Assembly (NCBI GenBank): GCA_050247195.1
Contig: JBFWUP010000001.1
Coordinates: 661,687 to 725,686, forward strand
Origin: Candidatus Melainabacteria bacterium
GTDB taxonomy: Bacteria > Cyanobacteriota > Vampirovibrionia > Vampirovibrionales > Vampirovibrionaceae
DNA: 64,000 nucleotides
Direction of reading: 5' to 3'
Part shown: positions 19,898 to 30,554 of the stretch, in pieces
How positions within the stretch are numbered: the first letter of the stretch is position 1
Layout: each line of letters starts with the position of its first letter
The notes under the pieces: generated by a model
Database searches by the model: none
Told to the model about the DNA's origin: nothing
What the model saw: only the letters and a program-made list of their open reading frames with translations
Translations under genes and position numbers: made by a program

Positions 19898-20944
19898 CTA
19901 GTTCTTGTCGCGGTCGACGAACTTGCCTTCCTTCAGCCAGCTCATCATGCCGCGCAGCTTGCTGCCCACCACTTCCAGCGGGTGCTGGCGGTCGGCTTCC
20001 ATCAGTTTGGCCATGGTCGGGCAGCCGTTGTTGTACTCGGCAATCCAGGTTTTGGCGAAGCTGCCGTCCTGAATGGCTGTGAGCACTTCTTTCATGCGGG
20101 TTTTCACTTCCGGGCCGATGACTTTCGGGCCGCTGGTGAGATCGCCCCAGCGGGCGGTATCGCTGATGGAATAACGCATGTCTTCCATGCCGCCTTCATA
20201 CATCAGGTCCACAATCAGCTTCAGTTCATGCAGACACTCAAAGTAAGCGAGTTCCGGCGGGTAACCGGCTTCCACCAGGGTTTCAAACCCGGCTTTCACC
20301 AGGGCAGTGGCGCCGCCGCACAGTACGGCCTGCTCGCCGAAGAGATCGGTCTCGGTTTCGTTTTTAAAGCTCGTTTCAATCACGCCGCCACGACCCGAGC
20401 CGATGCAGGCGGCATAGCCCAGCGCCAGATCCCGGGCTTTGCCGGAGGCGTCCTGGTGAATGGCGATGAGTGCGGGAACGCCGCGGCCACGCTGAAACTC
20501 ACCGCGCACCAGGTGGCCGGGGCCCTTGGGAGCGATGAGGAAAACATCCACATCGGCCGGCGGCTTGATTTCACCGTAGTGAATGCTGAAGCCGTGGCTG
20601 AAGACCAGAGCCTGGCCGGGCTTCATTTTGCCTTCGAGGTGTTTTTCATAAATCTCTTTGTGCTTCACATCCGGGGCGAGAAACATGATCATGTCGGCCC
20701 ATTCGGTGAGTGCATCCAGGCTGATGGTCTCCAGGCCGGCGGCTTTCGCTTTGGCGTCTGAGGCGCTGCCGGGACGCAGGGCGATTTTCACCGTGGCGCC
20801 GGATTCCTTCAGGTTGACGCTCTGACCAAACCCCTGGCTGCCGAAGCCAATGACGGCCACTTTTTTGGTGAGAAAGAGGGTGGTGTCGATGTCTTTGTCG
20901 TAATAGGCCTTCATGGCGCCGGGCTTATCAAGAGTGGTTTGCAT
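19898..20944 (-). CDS. ilvC: Ketol-acid reductoisomerase
   Basis: VAVIGFGSQG, FSHGF.IH, IAPKGPGH and ETETDLFGEQAVLCGG motifs; start at MQTTLDK. Confidence 0.97.
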   Translation of the reverse strand: MQTTLDKPGAMKAYYDKDIDTTLFLTKKVAVIGFGSQGFGQSVNLKESGATVKIALRPGSASDAKAKAAGLETISLDALTEWADMIMFLAPDVKHKEIYEKHLEGKMKPGQALVFSHGFSIHYGEIKPPADVDVFLIAPKGPGHLVRGEFQRGRGVPALIAIHQDASGKARDLALGYAACIGSGRGGVIETSFKNETETDLFGEQAVLCGGATALVKAGFETLVEAGYPPELAYFECLHELKLIVDLMYEGGMEDMRYSISDTARWGDLTSGPKVIGPEVKTRMKEVLTAIQDGSFAKTWIAEYNNGCPTMAKLMEADRQHPLEVVGSKLRGMMSWLKEGKFVDRDKN

Positions 20945-21293
20945 AGGTTTCTTTCCTTTCCATAACGTCAACCGCGGCCTGATCCTTTTTGAAGAGGGAG
21001 ACAAAGACGGTCGATTTTTCTGAGTGAGTCTGATCGGGCGCATTGGCTGACGGGTCATCCATGCGGAACGCTTCCATCACGTAGACCTGGCGCTTGAGGA
21101 GTTTAACCAGCCTGCCGATGGCAGCGGCATCGGCGTCGGTTTCAAAGGTGACGGCCACACGAATCTCAGCGCGGTCCTCATCCATGCGGGCTTCAAAATG
21201 TTCGGGCAGAAAGCCCTGGTGGGTCAGGATGCCCAGAATACGGTCCAGTGCGCCAAGGCGGTTCTGGGCGGCGCACATCAGTGTGACTTTCAT
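20928..21293 (-). CDS. ilvN: ACT-domain acetolactate synthase small (regulatory) subunit
   Basis: NRLGALDRILGI..HQGF ACT motif; lies between ilvB and ilvC. Confidence 0.75.
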   Translation of the reverse strand: MKVTLMCAAQNRLGALDRILGILTHQGFLPEHFEARMDEDRAEIRVAVTFETDADAAAIGRLVKLLKRQVYVMEAFRMDDPSANAPDQTHSEKSTVFVSLFKKDQAAVDVMERKETYANHS

Positions 21294-21359
21294 GACTCAG
21301 GTCTCCTGGTTACGGTGATGGTTGCATGCATCAGGGAGTACATTGGTATTGCGGCCACA

Positions 21360-23150
21360 CTAGCCGCCCACTTTGGACTGCTTGTTTAATAACATATCTT
21401 CGTTGCCGGCGCCACCGGGCACCCACGGGTAAACGTCCGACTCGCGGTGGACGCGGAAGTCGATGAGCACCGGGCCCGGGTGGGCAAAGGCTGCCTGCAG
21501 GGTGCTGTCCACCTCATCCGGGTGGTTCACCACAAACCCTTTGGCGCCATAGGCTTCGGCCAGTTTCACGTAATCCGGGTTGCTCATCCGCGCCTCGCTT
21601 TCGTGGCGGAAAAAGCGACCCTGCCACTGGCGGATCATGCCCAGGTAGTTGTTGTTGATGATGGCCACTTTGACCGGCAGGTTGTAATCCACGGCGCAGG
21701 CCAGCTCCTGCAGGGTCATCTGGAAGCTGCCGTCCCCGGCGATATCGACCACCAGTTTATCCGGGCAGGCCACCTGCGCGCCAATGGCGGCGGGGAAGCC
21801 AAAACCCATGGTGCCCAGCCCCCCGGAAGTGATGAAGCTGCGCGGGCGGTTGAGGTTATAACGCTGGGCGGCCCACATCTGGTGCTGGCCCACTTCGGTG
21901 GCCACAATGCCGTCCTCGGGCATGTTGGCGAACACGCGTTCAATCACGTATTCCGGGCAGAGAAAGCCTTCCGGCGGGGTGTCTTTTTCGGTGCGGCGGT
22001 TCTTCCAGTCGTTGATTTTCTCCAGCCACTCTCCCCGGCTTTCCAGTGAGTCGGCAAAGGGCGTCATATCCTCCGTGCGGGCCAGCAGGTGGTTCAGCAC
22101 GGTGGGAATGTTCCCCTGAATGGGCAGGGCCGACTGCACGACTTTATCCAGCGTGGTCGGGTCAAGATCAATGTGGATAATACGCGCGTTGCGTGCAAAG
22201 CGGTCCGGCTTGCCGGTCTGGCGTTCGTTCAGGCGGTTGCCCACAATCACCAGCACATCCGCATTGGCAATGGCGATGTTGGCCCAGTACCAGCCGTGCA
22301 TGCCGCAGAAGCCGATAAACTGCGGGTGGTTGGCCGGAAAGCCTCCCAGGCCCATCAGAGAGCAGGCCACAGGCAGTTTTAAGCGTTCGGCAATGGCCAG
22401 CAGTTCACGGTGGGCGCCGCTAGAGACCACCCCGCCGCCGGCCAGCAGTAAGGGCTGTCTGGCGTTTTTAATGAGTTCCAGGGCGGCGTCGAGATCCGAG
22501 CCGGTGAAGGTGTCGAGGTTCTGGTAGCCGGGCAGGTCAATGCGGGCCTGGCTGTAATCCAGGCTGGCCAGGTCGGCGGTCAGCACGTCTTTGGGAATAT
22601 CCACCAGCACCGGGCCGGGACGGCCGGTGGTGGCCACGTGGAAGGCCTCTTTGATGGCGGCCGGCAGGTCTGTGATGTCCCGCACGCAGATGTTGTGCTT
22701 AGTACAGGCGCGCGTCATGGAAACAATGTCGGCTTCCTGGAAGGCGTCGCTGCCCAACAGGTTTTTGGGCACGTTGCCGGTGAATACCACCAGCGGGATG
22801 GAATCGTAGTAGGCATCGGCAATGCCGGTAATGGTGTTGGTGGCGCCGGGGCCGCTGGTGACCAGCACCACGCCGGGTTTGCCGGTGGCGCGGGCATAGC
22901 CCTCGGCGGCATGGGTGGCGCCCTGTTCGTGGCGCACCAGGTAATGCTTGATGGGGTAATTGGGTAGGTAATCGTACAGAGAGAGCACCACGCCGCCGGG
23001 ATAGCCAAAGATGGTGTCCACGCCTTCTTCCACGAGGCATTCCAGCATCACCTCGGAGCCCTTGAGCTTGCGCGCACCGCGTTCGGTACTGGGCTGGCTT
23101 TGCGCCTGGGTGGCATCGGTTTCAGTGGTCGGGTTCATGGTCATCCCCAT
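21360..23150 (-). CDS. ilvB: Acetolactate synthase large subunit
   Basis: FGYPGG, RHEQGA, TSGPGATN, GMHG, VGQHQMW and GDGSFQM motifs; ATG 23150 has a GGAG SD. Confidence 0.97.
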   Translation of the reverse strand: MGMTMNPTTETDATQAQSQPSTERGARKLKGSEVMLECLVEEGVDTIFGYPGGVVLSLYDYLPNYPIKHYLVRHEQGATHAAEGYARATGKPGVVLVTSGPGATNTITGIADAYYDSIPLVVFTGNVPKNLLGSDAFQEADIVSMTRACTKHNICVRDITDLPAAIKEAFHVATTGRPGPVLVDIPKDVLTADLASLDYSQARIDLPGYQNLDTFTGSDLDAALELIKNARQPLLLAGGGVVSSGAHRELLAIAERLKLPVACSLMGLGGFPANHPQFIGFCGMHGWYWANIAIANADVLVIVGNRLNERQTGKPDRFARNARIIHIDLDPTTLDKVVQSALPIQGNIPTVLNHLLARTEDMTPFADSLESRGEWLEKINDWKNRRTEKDTPPEGFLCPEYVIERVFANMPEDGIVATEVGQHQMWAAQRYNLNRPRSFITSGGLGTMGFGFPAAIGAQVACPDKLVVDIAGDGSFQMTLQELACAVDYNLPVKVAIINNNYLGMIRQWQGRFFRHESEARMSNPDYVKLAEAYGAKGFVVNHPDEVDSTLQAAFAHPGPVLIDFRVHRESDVYPWVPGGAGNEDMLLNKQSKVGG

Positions 23151-23200
23151 CGTGAAGGTCTCCAAATCATTTCCACGGTTGTGACTGGTTAACGGGTCTT

Positions 23201-23243
23201 AAACGAAAAACCGCCGGTCTCTGGTGAGGGCCGGCGGTTTTTT
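23201..23243 (-). terminator. ilvB attenuator terminator
   Basis: Minus strand AAAAAACCGCCGG...CCGGCGGTTTTT followed by CGTTT, about 50 nt upstream of ilvB. Confidence 0.88.
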
Positions 23244-23272
23244 GAATCTTTGTTGCGCTTAGCACAGCATCA

Positions 23273-23365
23273 TCAAAAGCCACCGGCGGGCCCAATAAGT
23301 ACGAGGAGCACAAGGAGGCTTGTGCCGAGGTTGGTGGTGACGAAGCTGCTTGACGTCTGTGTCAT
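23273..23365 (-). CDS. ilvB leader peptide MTQTSSSFVTTNLGTSLLVLLVLIGPAGGF (30 aa; not in ORF track)
   Basis: LLVLLVLI control codons; the leader 3' end GCCGGTGGCTTTT can pair with the terminator 5' arm AAAAACCGCCGGC. Confidence 0.88.
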   Translation of the reverse strand: MTQTSSSFVTTNLGTSLLVLLVLIGPAGGF

Positions 23366-23521
23366 TGGTGTATGACGGGTCCTGGGTCAACGGCGCATCC
23401 TTGCCGTATACAGTGACTTGTGTGCATGAAACCGACTTTACCCAAAAACGTGCCGGATTGCAATGCGTTTTGACGGCTTTTTAACCGAATTGTTTACATT
23501 TATAATGTTAGGAACTAAAGA

Positions 23522-24154
23522 TTAATTGTGTGATTGAACCCAGTCCAATGCAAATGAAATCTCTTCTATGGGGCTGAAGCCTGATTTTACGGGGATTTGC
23601 TCAATGTTTGATTCCGGGGATCTGGCTGCCTGATCATGCAGTGCCTGAACGCCCGCAATAACCTCTTCGGGTGTTGGGTTGTGCGTGCCTTTTGAATGGG
23701 GCTTTTGATAATCGCCGTGACCCCAGTGCCTGTAATATGAGCCTTCATATACATGGCCTTCACATCCCGGCAGATTGGATATATTGCCATATAGAGCGGT
23801 TGCCAGGGGCTCACCCATATCGCTGGTGCTGATGAAAACACGTGTCCCTTCCAGGGCGGTGGTGTCATTACCACCAACCGAATAAAATACATTGAATGCA
23901 TAAACAGGTTTGTCGTTCACGCCCATGTAGGGGCTGTATTCCTGGTGGATATTATGAACTGGCCCCAATGTTTGAACCTGTTGAACCACTTCAGGAAATG
24001 TGATGTCGCAGGGTCCTTTGGGTGATGAAGATGATGTCCCGCTGCAGGCGGTTAAGAGGCCTGCTCCTGCCAAAGCAGCGGTGCCAAGGCCAACCCGGCG
24101 TTGCGTTCTGGAAAGCTGGCCAAACGTGGGGGCGGTGGATACGGCGGATATCAT
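23522..24154 (-). CDS. Hypothetical lipoprotein-like protein with N-terminal APTFG motif
   Basis: MISAVSTAPTFG, basic RTQRR, hydrophobic stretch, LLTAC lipobox; AT-richer DNA. Confidence 0.7.
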   Translation of the reverse strand: MISAVSTAPTFGQLSRTQRRVGLGTAALAGAGLLTACSGTSSSSPKGPCDITFPEVVQQVQTLGPVHNIHQEYSPYMGVNDKPVYAFNVFYSVGGNDTTALEGTRVFISTSDMGEPLATALYGNISNLPGCEGHVYEGSYYRHWGHGDYQKPHSKGTHNPTPEEVIAGVQALHDQAARSPESNIEQIPVKSGFSPIEEISFALDWVQSHN

Positions 24155-24220
24155 GTCAGGCGTCCTGATTGGGGATTTTCTGAATAAAACCCGCCCGCAC
24201 CCCGGATTGCCCGCTGGCGG

Positions 24221-24802
24221 CTAGCGCACCAGATCGGCAAACTCACTGGCAATGTCGTTCTGGTAGATAATTCCATAGGGGCTGGTGATGGTCGCCTGGC
24301 CGGTGAGCATCTTTTTCTCGGTATCCTCGAGCAGCAGGCCCAGCTCGAAGACCATCTGGGTTCGAAAGTAAGATGGTGCTGGCAGGCCGTTGGATTCAAA
24401 CTGAATGGGTTCAGCGGGTGTTTCCCTGAAGATTTTGTCGGTCAGGGGTTTGTCACAGTCAAAATAGATGGTGCCGGTCACAGAATGCTCGCCACCCGGA
24501 ACCGCCCGGGAAAAGATGGCATACTGCCCAGCCGGGGAATTCATAAACAAAAACCGGGGATTTCCAAGGAAATCAGCGTTGACTGAAAAGGGGTTAATTG
24601 TCGTTTGGCTGGCGGGCTGGCGGACAATTTTAGCAACGCCGTCGGCAAAACTCTCCGGGCAGGTGGCGGCCGTACCGGATTGCTGAGAATAGGCTGTGCC
24701 AGCCGACGGGGTGGAAGCCGCCTGGGCGCCCGCCGTCGCTGTGCAACCCGCCAGGCCCAAAGCGCCGGTCAGCGCCAGTGCTGACCCTGAAAGAACACGC
24801 AT
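24221..24802 (-). CDS. Hypothetical lipoprotein
   Basis: Signal peptide ending in LAGC lipobox; GGGAGA SD. Confidence 0.7.
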   Translation of the reverse strand: MRVLSGSALALTGALGLAGCTATAGAQAASTPSAGTAYSQQSGTAATCPESFADGVAKIVRQPASQTTINPFSVNADFLGNPRFLFMNSPAGQYAIFSRAVPGGEHSVTGTIYFDCDKPLTDKIFRETPAEPIQFESNGLPAPSYFRTQMVFELGLLLEDTEKKMLTGQATITSPYGIIYQNDIASEFADLVR

Positions 24803-24876
24803 TTTAAAATCTCCCGTTTAAACCTGAATTCAGGCTCAGTATATGGGTTCAAGGCAGGTTGTCATGCCCGGGCGGG

Positions 24877-26589
24877 TTACACGCCGCAGTGGGCGTACTC
24901 ATGGCTGTGCGCGCCGGGGTGCGTGAGCGCCCCATGGCTGGCGCAGCCCACCAGCTTGGCGTATTTATAAAGCGCGCCGCTCGGGTAGTTGGGCGGGGGC
25001 GCGTGCCAGCGGGCATGGCGTGCGAGCAGCTCATCCTCGCTCAGCAGCACGTCCAGCGTGCCGGCTTCGGCGTCAATGCGGATCATATCCCCGTCGTGCA
25101 CCAGGGCGATATTGCCGCCCACGTATGCTTCCGGGCACACATGCCCAATCATCAGGCCGCGCGTGCCGCCACTGAAACGACCATCGGTAATAAGGGCCAC
25201 ATGCTCGCCGAGGCCCTGGCCGTATATGGCGGCCGTCACGCTCAGCATCTCGCGCATGCCGGGGCCACCCTGCGGGCCTTCGTAGCGGATCACCACCACA
25301 TCGCCCTTCTTGATTTTATGGTGCAGCACCGCCTCCAGGCAGTCCTCCTCGCGGTTAAACACGCGGGCGGGGCCTTCGTGTTTCATTTTGGCGAGACCCG
25401 CCACCTTCACCACGGCGCCCATGGGGGCCAGGTTCCCAAACAGCACTTTCAGGCCGCCCGTGGGGCGGATAGGGTCACTGACGGGGCGAACCACATCCTG
25501 ATCCTTGGGCAGAACCACGTCTTTCAGGTTTTCCGCCAGGGTTTTTCCGGTCACCGTCATGCACTCGCCGTGCAACAGGCCGGCATCCAGCAAAACCTTT
25601 AACACCACAGAGACACCGCCCACTTTGTACAGGTCGACCATCAGGTAACGGCCGCCCGGTTTGAGATCGGCAATGTGCGGCGTGTCGTCAAACAGGTGGC
25701 CCATTTCCGCATAGGTCAGCTTAATGCCGATTTCGTGCGCGATGGCGGGCAGGTGCAGCAGCGCATTGGTGGATCCACCGGTGGCGGCCACCACGCGGAT
25801 GGCGTTTTCAAAGGATTTACGCGTCAGAATATCGCTGGGACGCAGGTTGTCGTGCAGCAGGCGCATCACTGTTTCGCCGCAGCGCCGGTTCAGTTCCCTG
25901 CGTTCTTCGGCTTCGGCGGGTATGCCGCTGCTACCGGGCAGGGAGAGACCCAGCGCTTCTGAGACGCAGGCCATGGTGTTGGCGGTGAACTGCCCGCCGC
26001 AGGAGCCGGCGCCGGGACAGGCGTTTTTCTCAATGTTGTAAAGCGTTTCATCATCCATACGGCCGGAGGCATGGGCGCCGACGGCTTCAAACACATCGAC
26101 CAGGTTAATGTCCTTGCCGTCCAGATGGCCCGGCATGATGGTGCCGCCGTACATAAACAGGCTGGGCAGATTCAGACGGCACATGGCCATCATCATCCCG
26201 GGCAGGCTTTTATCGCAACCGGCAATGCCCACCAGCGCATCGTACTGATGTGCGTGCATCACCAGTTCCACGCTGTCGGCAATCAGGTCGCGGGTCATCA
26301 GAGAGGCCTTCATGCCCTCGTGGCCCATGGCGATGGCGTCACTGACCGAGATGGCGGTGAATTCCCGGCCGGTGCCGCCCGCTTTGGTAATACCCTCTTT
26401 GACGCGCACCGCCTGATCGTGCAGGGTGATGTTGCAGGGGGTCACTTCGTTCCAGGTAGAAGCCACGCCAATCAGTGGTTTGCTGAGGTCGTCATCCGTA
26501 AGGCCCATGGCGCGGTACATGCTGCGGTGCGGGGCCCAGGTGAATCCTTCGGTCACCTTGCGGCTTTTGTGGCGTAAATCATGGCTCAT
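24877..26589 (-). CDS. ilvD: Dihydroxy-acid dehydratase
   Basis: [40 protein letters not shown] and ITDGRFSG motifs; start MSHDL with SD. Confidence 0.97.
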   Translation of the reverse strand: MSHDLRHKSRKVTEGFTWAPHRSMYRAMGLTDDDLSKPLIGVASTWNEVTPCNITLHDQAVRVKEGITKAGGTGREFTAISVSDAIAMGHEGMKASLMTRDLIADSVELVMHAHQYDALVGIAGCDKSLPGMMMAMCRLNLPSLFMYGGTIMPGHLDGKDINLVDVFEAVGAHASGRMDDETLYNIEKNACPGAGSCGGQFTANTMACVSEALGLSLPGSSGIPAEAEERRELNRRCGETVMRLLHDNLRPSDILTRKSFENAIRVVAATGGSTNALLHLPAIAHEIGIKLTYAEMGHLFDDTPHIADLKPGGRYLMVDLYKVGGVSVVLKVLLDAGLLHGECMTVTGKTLAENLKDVVLPKDQDVVRPVSDPIRPTGGLKVLFGNLAPMGAVVKVAGLAKMKHEGPARVFNREEDCLEAVLHHKIKKGDVVVIRYEGPQGGPGMREMLSVTAAIYGQGLGEHVALITDGRFSGGTRGLMIGHVCPEAYVGGNIALVHDGDMIRIDAEAGTLDVLLSEDELLARHARWHAPPPNYPSGALYKYAKLVGCASHGALTHPGAHSHEYAHCGV

Positions 26590-26768
26590 GGCGGGTTCCT
26601 CTCCGGCGCGGTTACACACTCAGCGCGATTTCAGCTGCCTTTTCAATAAAGCACAAGCAAGCCCGGCGTAACAGAGCCTATTAGGCTAGGCAGTTGGGCC
26701 AGAGAATGGAAAAAAAACCGTGTTGTTTCTACAATGGCGGCAGTCAGGCAGCGAAGGAAAAGACAGCA

Positions 26769-28016
26769 ATGAGCGAGAAAGTCGTTCTGGCATACTCCGG
26801 GGGACTGGATACCACGGTGATCATCCCCTGGCTGAAAGAAAACTATGATTGTGAGGTCATTGCCGTTTGCGTGGAGCTTGGCCTGGGCAGTGAGACCGAG
26901 GGGCTGGAAGCCCGCGCGCTGAAATCCGGCGCCAGCAGGTTTTACCTGGAACAGGCGCAGGAGGAATTTGTCACCGAATACGTTTACCCCTGCCTGAAAG
27001 CCGGCGCCAAGTATGAGGGCCACTACCTGCTGGGCACGTCCATGGCGCGTCCGCTTATTGCCAAGCGCCTGGTGGCCATTGCTGAAAAAGAAGGCGCCAC
27101 CACCATCTGCCATGGCGCCACGGGCAAGGGGAATGATCAGGTCCGGTTTGAACTCTCGATCAAGGCGCTGGCGCCGGATATGACGATCATCGCGCCATGG
27201 CGGGTGTGGAATATCCGCTCGCGCGAAGACGTGATTGATTACCTGGCCGAGCGCAACATTGAAGTACCCTTCAAAAAAGAAACCAGTTACAGCCGCGACC
27301 GCAACCTCTGGCACCTCAGCCACGAGGGACTGGAGCTGGAAAGCCCGGCCAACTCGCCGGATTACGACCATTTGCTGCAGCTGTCGGTCAGCCCATTCAA
27401 AGCCCCAGATACGCCTGAGCGGGTGGAGCTCACCTTTGAGAAGGGACTACCGACCCATCTCAACGGCAAGGCCCTGGGCCCGGTTGACATGGTGGATACG
27501 CTGAATCAGATTGGCGGCCGCCACGGCATCGGGATTGTGGATCTGGTGGAAAACCGTGTGGTGGGCCTGAAAGCGCGCGGCGTGTATGAAACGCCCGGCG
27601 GCGCCATCCTCTACGCCGCGCACGATGCTTTGGAACAGCTCTGTCTGGATCGCCAGACCAACCAGTACAAGCGCCAGGTGGCCCTGAAGTACGCTGAACT
27701 GGTCTACACGGGCGAGTGGTTCACCCCCCTGCGCGAAGCGCTGGACGGGTTTGTGGAGGCAACCCAGCAAACCATTACGGGAACGGTGGCTTTTCAGCTG
27801 TACAAGGGTAATCTCATACCGGCCGGCATGAGCTCACCCTACTCCCTGTATGACGAAGAACTGGCCAGCTTCACCACCGGAGAGCTGTATCATCATCAGG
27901 ATGCCCAGGGCTTTATCACGCTGTTCGGCCTGCCGCTGAAAGTCCGCGCTAAAATGATGGCGCGGGCCAAGGCCCAGTTTGCGTCTCAGCTGGAAGCCCA
28001 GGTGGAAGCGGAATAG
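26769..28016 (+). CDS. argG: Argininosuccinate synthase
   Basis: [38 protein letters not shown] and GVYETPGG motifs. Confidence 0.98.
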   Translation: MSEKVVLAYSGGLDTTVIIPWLKENYDCEVIAVCVELGLGSETEGLEARALKSGASRFYLEQAQEEFVTEYVYPCLKAGAKYEGHYLLGTSMARPLIAKRLVAIAEKEGATTICHGATGKGNDQVRFELSIKALAPDMTIIAPWRVWNIRSREDVIDYLAERNIEVPFKKETSYSRDRNLWHLSHEGLELESPANSPDYDHLLQLSVSPFKAPDTPERVELTFEKGLPTHLNGKALGPVDMVDTLNQIGGRHGIGIVDLVENRVVGLKARGVYETPGGAILYAAHDALEQLCLDRQTNQYKRQVALKYAELVYTGEWFTPLREALDGFVEATQQTITGTVAFQLYKGNLIPAGMSSPYSLYDEELASFTTGELYHHQDAQGFITLFGLPLKVRAKMMARAKAQFASQLEAQVEAE

Positions 28017-28030
28017 AGGAAGGTGCAGCG

Positions 28031-29350
28031 ATGGCAAAGTTATGGGCGGGCAGACTGTCGGGCAACGCGCATGCCGATACCGAGGCGCTGAACCGCTCCA
28101 TCGCCTTTGATCAGCGTCTGTTCCGCCAGGACATTCGCGGCAGCATGGCCCATGCCCGCATGCTGGGCAAACAGGGCATTCTGGACGAAAATCAGGCCAG
28201 GCAGATCATACTGACCCTGGAAGACATGCTGGCCGAACTGAAGCAGGGGCAGCTCGCTGTTGACCCCAAAGCCGAGGACATCCACAGCTTTGTGGAAGCC
28301 GAACTGACCCGTCGTATCGGGGATGTGGGCAAACGGCTGCACACCGGCCGCAGCCGCAACGATCAGGTGGCGCTCGACCTGAGGCTGTATCTGCGCGATG
28401 AAACCGACGCGCTGGTGGCGAAATTATCGCAACTCAGCCAGACGCTGAACGACATTGCCGGCGCTCACACCCAGACCATCCTGCCGGGTTACACGCATCT
28501 GCAGCGCGCGCAGCCCATCACCCTGGCCATGCACATGCAGGCCTACGTGGCGATGATTGAACGCGATACCGGGCGCCTGCAGGACGCCCGTCGCCGGATG
28601 AACCAATCCCCTCTGGGCGCCGGTGCGCTGGCCGGCAGCACCTTTCCGCTGGACCGGGCCATGGTGGCGCAGGAGCTGGGTTTTGACGGCGTGGCGGTGA
28701 ATCCGCTGGATGCCGTCTCGGACCGGGATTTTGTCCTGGAGCTGCTGTCGGCTGTGTCCATTCTGATGATGCACCTGAGCCGTCTGGCGGAAGAGGTGAT
28801 TCTCTGGTGCTCGCAGGAGTTCGGGTTTGTCTCGCTGGATGACGCCTACAGCACGGGCAGCAGCATGATGCCGCAGAAGAAAAACCCGGATGTGGCCGAG
28901 CTGGTGCGCGGCAAAACCGGCCGGGTGTATGGCCACCTGCTGGCGCTGCTGACCACCATGAAGGCCCTGCCGCTGGCCTACAACAAGGACATGCAGGAAG
29001 ACAAGGAAGCGATTTTTGACACCCTGGATACGGTGAATACCCTTCTGCCCGCCTTTACGGGCATGCTGGCCACCATGACGATCCGGACGGAACGCATGCG
29101 CGAAGCAGCCGGCGGCGGTTTTGTGAACGCCACGGATCTCGCCGATTACCTGGTGGGCAAAGGCCTGCCCTTCCGCGATGCCTACCAGGTGGTGGGGCAG
29201 GTGGTGCAGCATTGCGTTGAAAACAAACGCACCCTGGAAACCCTGCCGTTGGAAGACTACCGGCAGTTTTCCGACCGGTTTGCGCCGGACCTGTTTGCAG
29301 CCATTGCCCTGGAGCAGTGTGTGGCTGCCCGGCAGCCCTCCCCCCGTTAG
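28031..29350 (+). CDS. argH: Argininosuccinate lyase
   Basis: LHTGRSRNDQ, PGYTHLQ, GSSMMPQKKNPD and YNKDMQEDK motifs. Confidence 0.98.
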   Translation: MAKLWAGRLSGNAHADTEALNRSIAFDQRLFRQDIRGSMAHARMLGKQGILDENQARQIILTLEDMLAELKQGQLAVDPKAEDIHSFVEAELTRRIGDVGKRLHTGRSRNDQVALDLRLYLRDETDALVAKLSQLSQTLNDIAGAHTQTILPGYTHLQRAQPITLAMHMQAYVAMIERDTGRLQDARRRMNQSPLGAGALAGSTFPLDRAMVAQELGFDGVAVNPLDAVSDRDFVLELLSAVSILMMHLSRLAEEVILWCSQEFGFVSLDDAYSTGSSMMPQKKNPDVAELVRGKTGRVYGHLLALLTTMKALPLAYNKDMQEDKEAIFDTLDTVNTLLPAFTGMLATMTIRTERMREAAGGGFVNATDLADYLVGKGLPFRDAYQVVGQVVQHCVENKRTLETLPLEDYRQFSDRFAPDLFAAIALEQCVAARQPSPR

Positions 29351-29525
29351 TGGATTTCCGGTCGGACAGGGGTGATCCGCACACCAAGGACTATGAATCA
29401 GCCGCGCGATCCGTTACAATAAGGATATTCAGGAACCCGGGTTCGTGTTGTGAGTCTGAGGATTGGGTCAGGGCGAGCGTGATTAACCGGCAAGCCTGAG
29501 CTGACGTGTATGGAGGAGTGCCCGG

Positions 29526-30530
29526 GTGTTCTCAGTGGACATATTGCCGATGCTGGAGACAACCAACGCGTGGTTGGCCCTTTTCGGCACTGACACCGGG
29601 GCGTTTCTGAAAGGCTTACTGCAGGTGGGGGTGCTGGTTGCAGTATTCTCCATGATCTATTCCCGGTTTATTCGCCGCAGTCAGGCCGAGCAGCTGGTGA
29701 AGGGCGTTTTCGTGACGCTGATGGTGTTTGTTCTGCTCTGGGTGGGTGCGCGCATTCTGGATCTCACGATTCTGGAGATCATATTTGCCGCGAGCATTCA
29801 GATTCTGTTCATCGGAATGATTGTGATTTTTCAGCCGGAACTGCGCCGCATGCTGATGATGCTGGGCCAGGGAGAGCTGTTCGGCTTTCAGGTTTTCTCC
29901 GGTGGCGTGAAGGATACCAATGCGGAATATCTGGTGCATGAACTGGTGGAAGCCGTGCGTTATCTCAGTAAGTCCCGCCACGGGGCGCTGATTGTGCTGG
30001 AAGCCGAAAACGCCACCCGCAGCGATTACCTGGAAGTGGGTACGGCGCTGGATGCCAAAATCAGCACCGAACTGATTCTGACCATTTTTCATCCCACCAC
30101 GCCGTTGCATGATGGCGCCCTGGTGGTGAGTAACGACAACCGCATTATTGCCGCCGGGGTCTTACTGCCGCTTACGGAGAACCCGGAGCTGAGCTGGCAG
30201 TATGGGACGCGTCACCGCGCCGCCATTGGGTTGACGGAGGTTTCCGACAGCCGTTGCCTGGTGGTTTCCGAGGAAACGGGATCCATCTCCCTGGTGCATG
30301 ACGGCAAGCTGCAGAAGATTGAAAATACGGAAGACCTGAAAAAAGCGCTCGAAAAAATATACCACGTCAACAAAGGCCTGGAGGCCGGTATGGTGGTGGC
30401 GGGCGCGGGGGGTCGTTTCAGCGACCTGATGGAACTTTCCAGCCACGTGCAACGGATGTTCCAGTCCGCCACGGGCGGTCGTGGCGATGGCGACGAGCGC
30501 TCCGAGAAGCGCCGCTCGGGTCGCGGTTAA
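29526..30530 (+). CDS. dacA: Membrane diadenylate cyclase (CdaA/DacA)
   Basis: Three TM helices, IFQPELRR, GALIV, HDGA and GTRHRAA motifs. Confidence 0.95.
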   Translation: MFSVDILPMLETTNAWLALFGTDTGAFLKGLLQVGVLVAVFSMIYSRFIRRSQAEQLVKGVFVTLMVFVLLWVGARILDLTILEIIFAASIQILFIGMIVIFQPELRRMLMMLGQGELFGFQVFSGGVKDTNAEYLVHELVEAVRYLSKSRHGALIVLEAENATRSDYLEVGTALDAKISTELILTIFHPTTPLHDGALVVSNDNRIIAAGVLLPLTENPELSWQYGTRHRAAIGLTEVSDSRCLVVSEETGSISLVHDGKLQKIENTEDLKKALEKIYHVNKGLEAGMVVAGAGGRFSDLMELSSHVQRMFQSATGGRGDGDERSEKRRSGRG

Positions 30531-30554
30531 AAGCAGCGTATTTCTGAAGGGCGA

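Noticed and set aside
26643-26670. LLVL codons upstream of ilvD, a possible second BCAA leader
   Set aside because: No nearby start codon and no terminator/antiterminator pair.
26734-26772. Arg-rich mini-[15 protein letters not shown] overlapping the argG start, a possible Arg leader
   Set aside because: Its ATG lies inside a probable -10 box (TACAAT, 26730-26735), it has no SD or terminator, and the Arg codons arise from the purine-rich argG SD.
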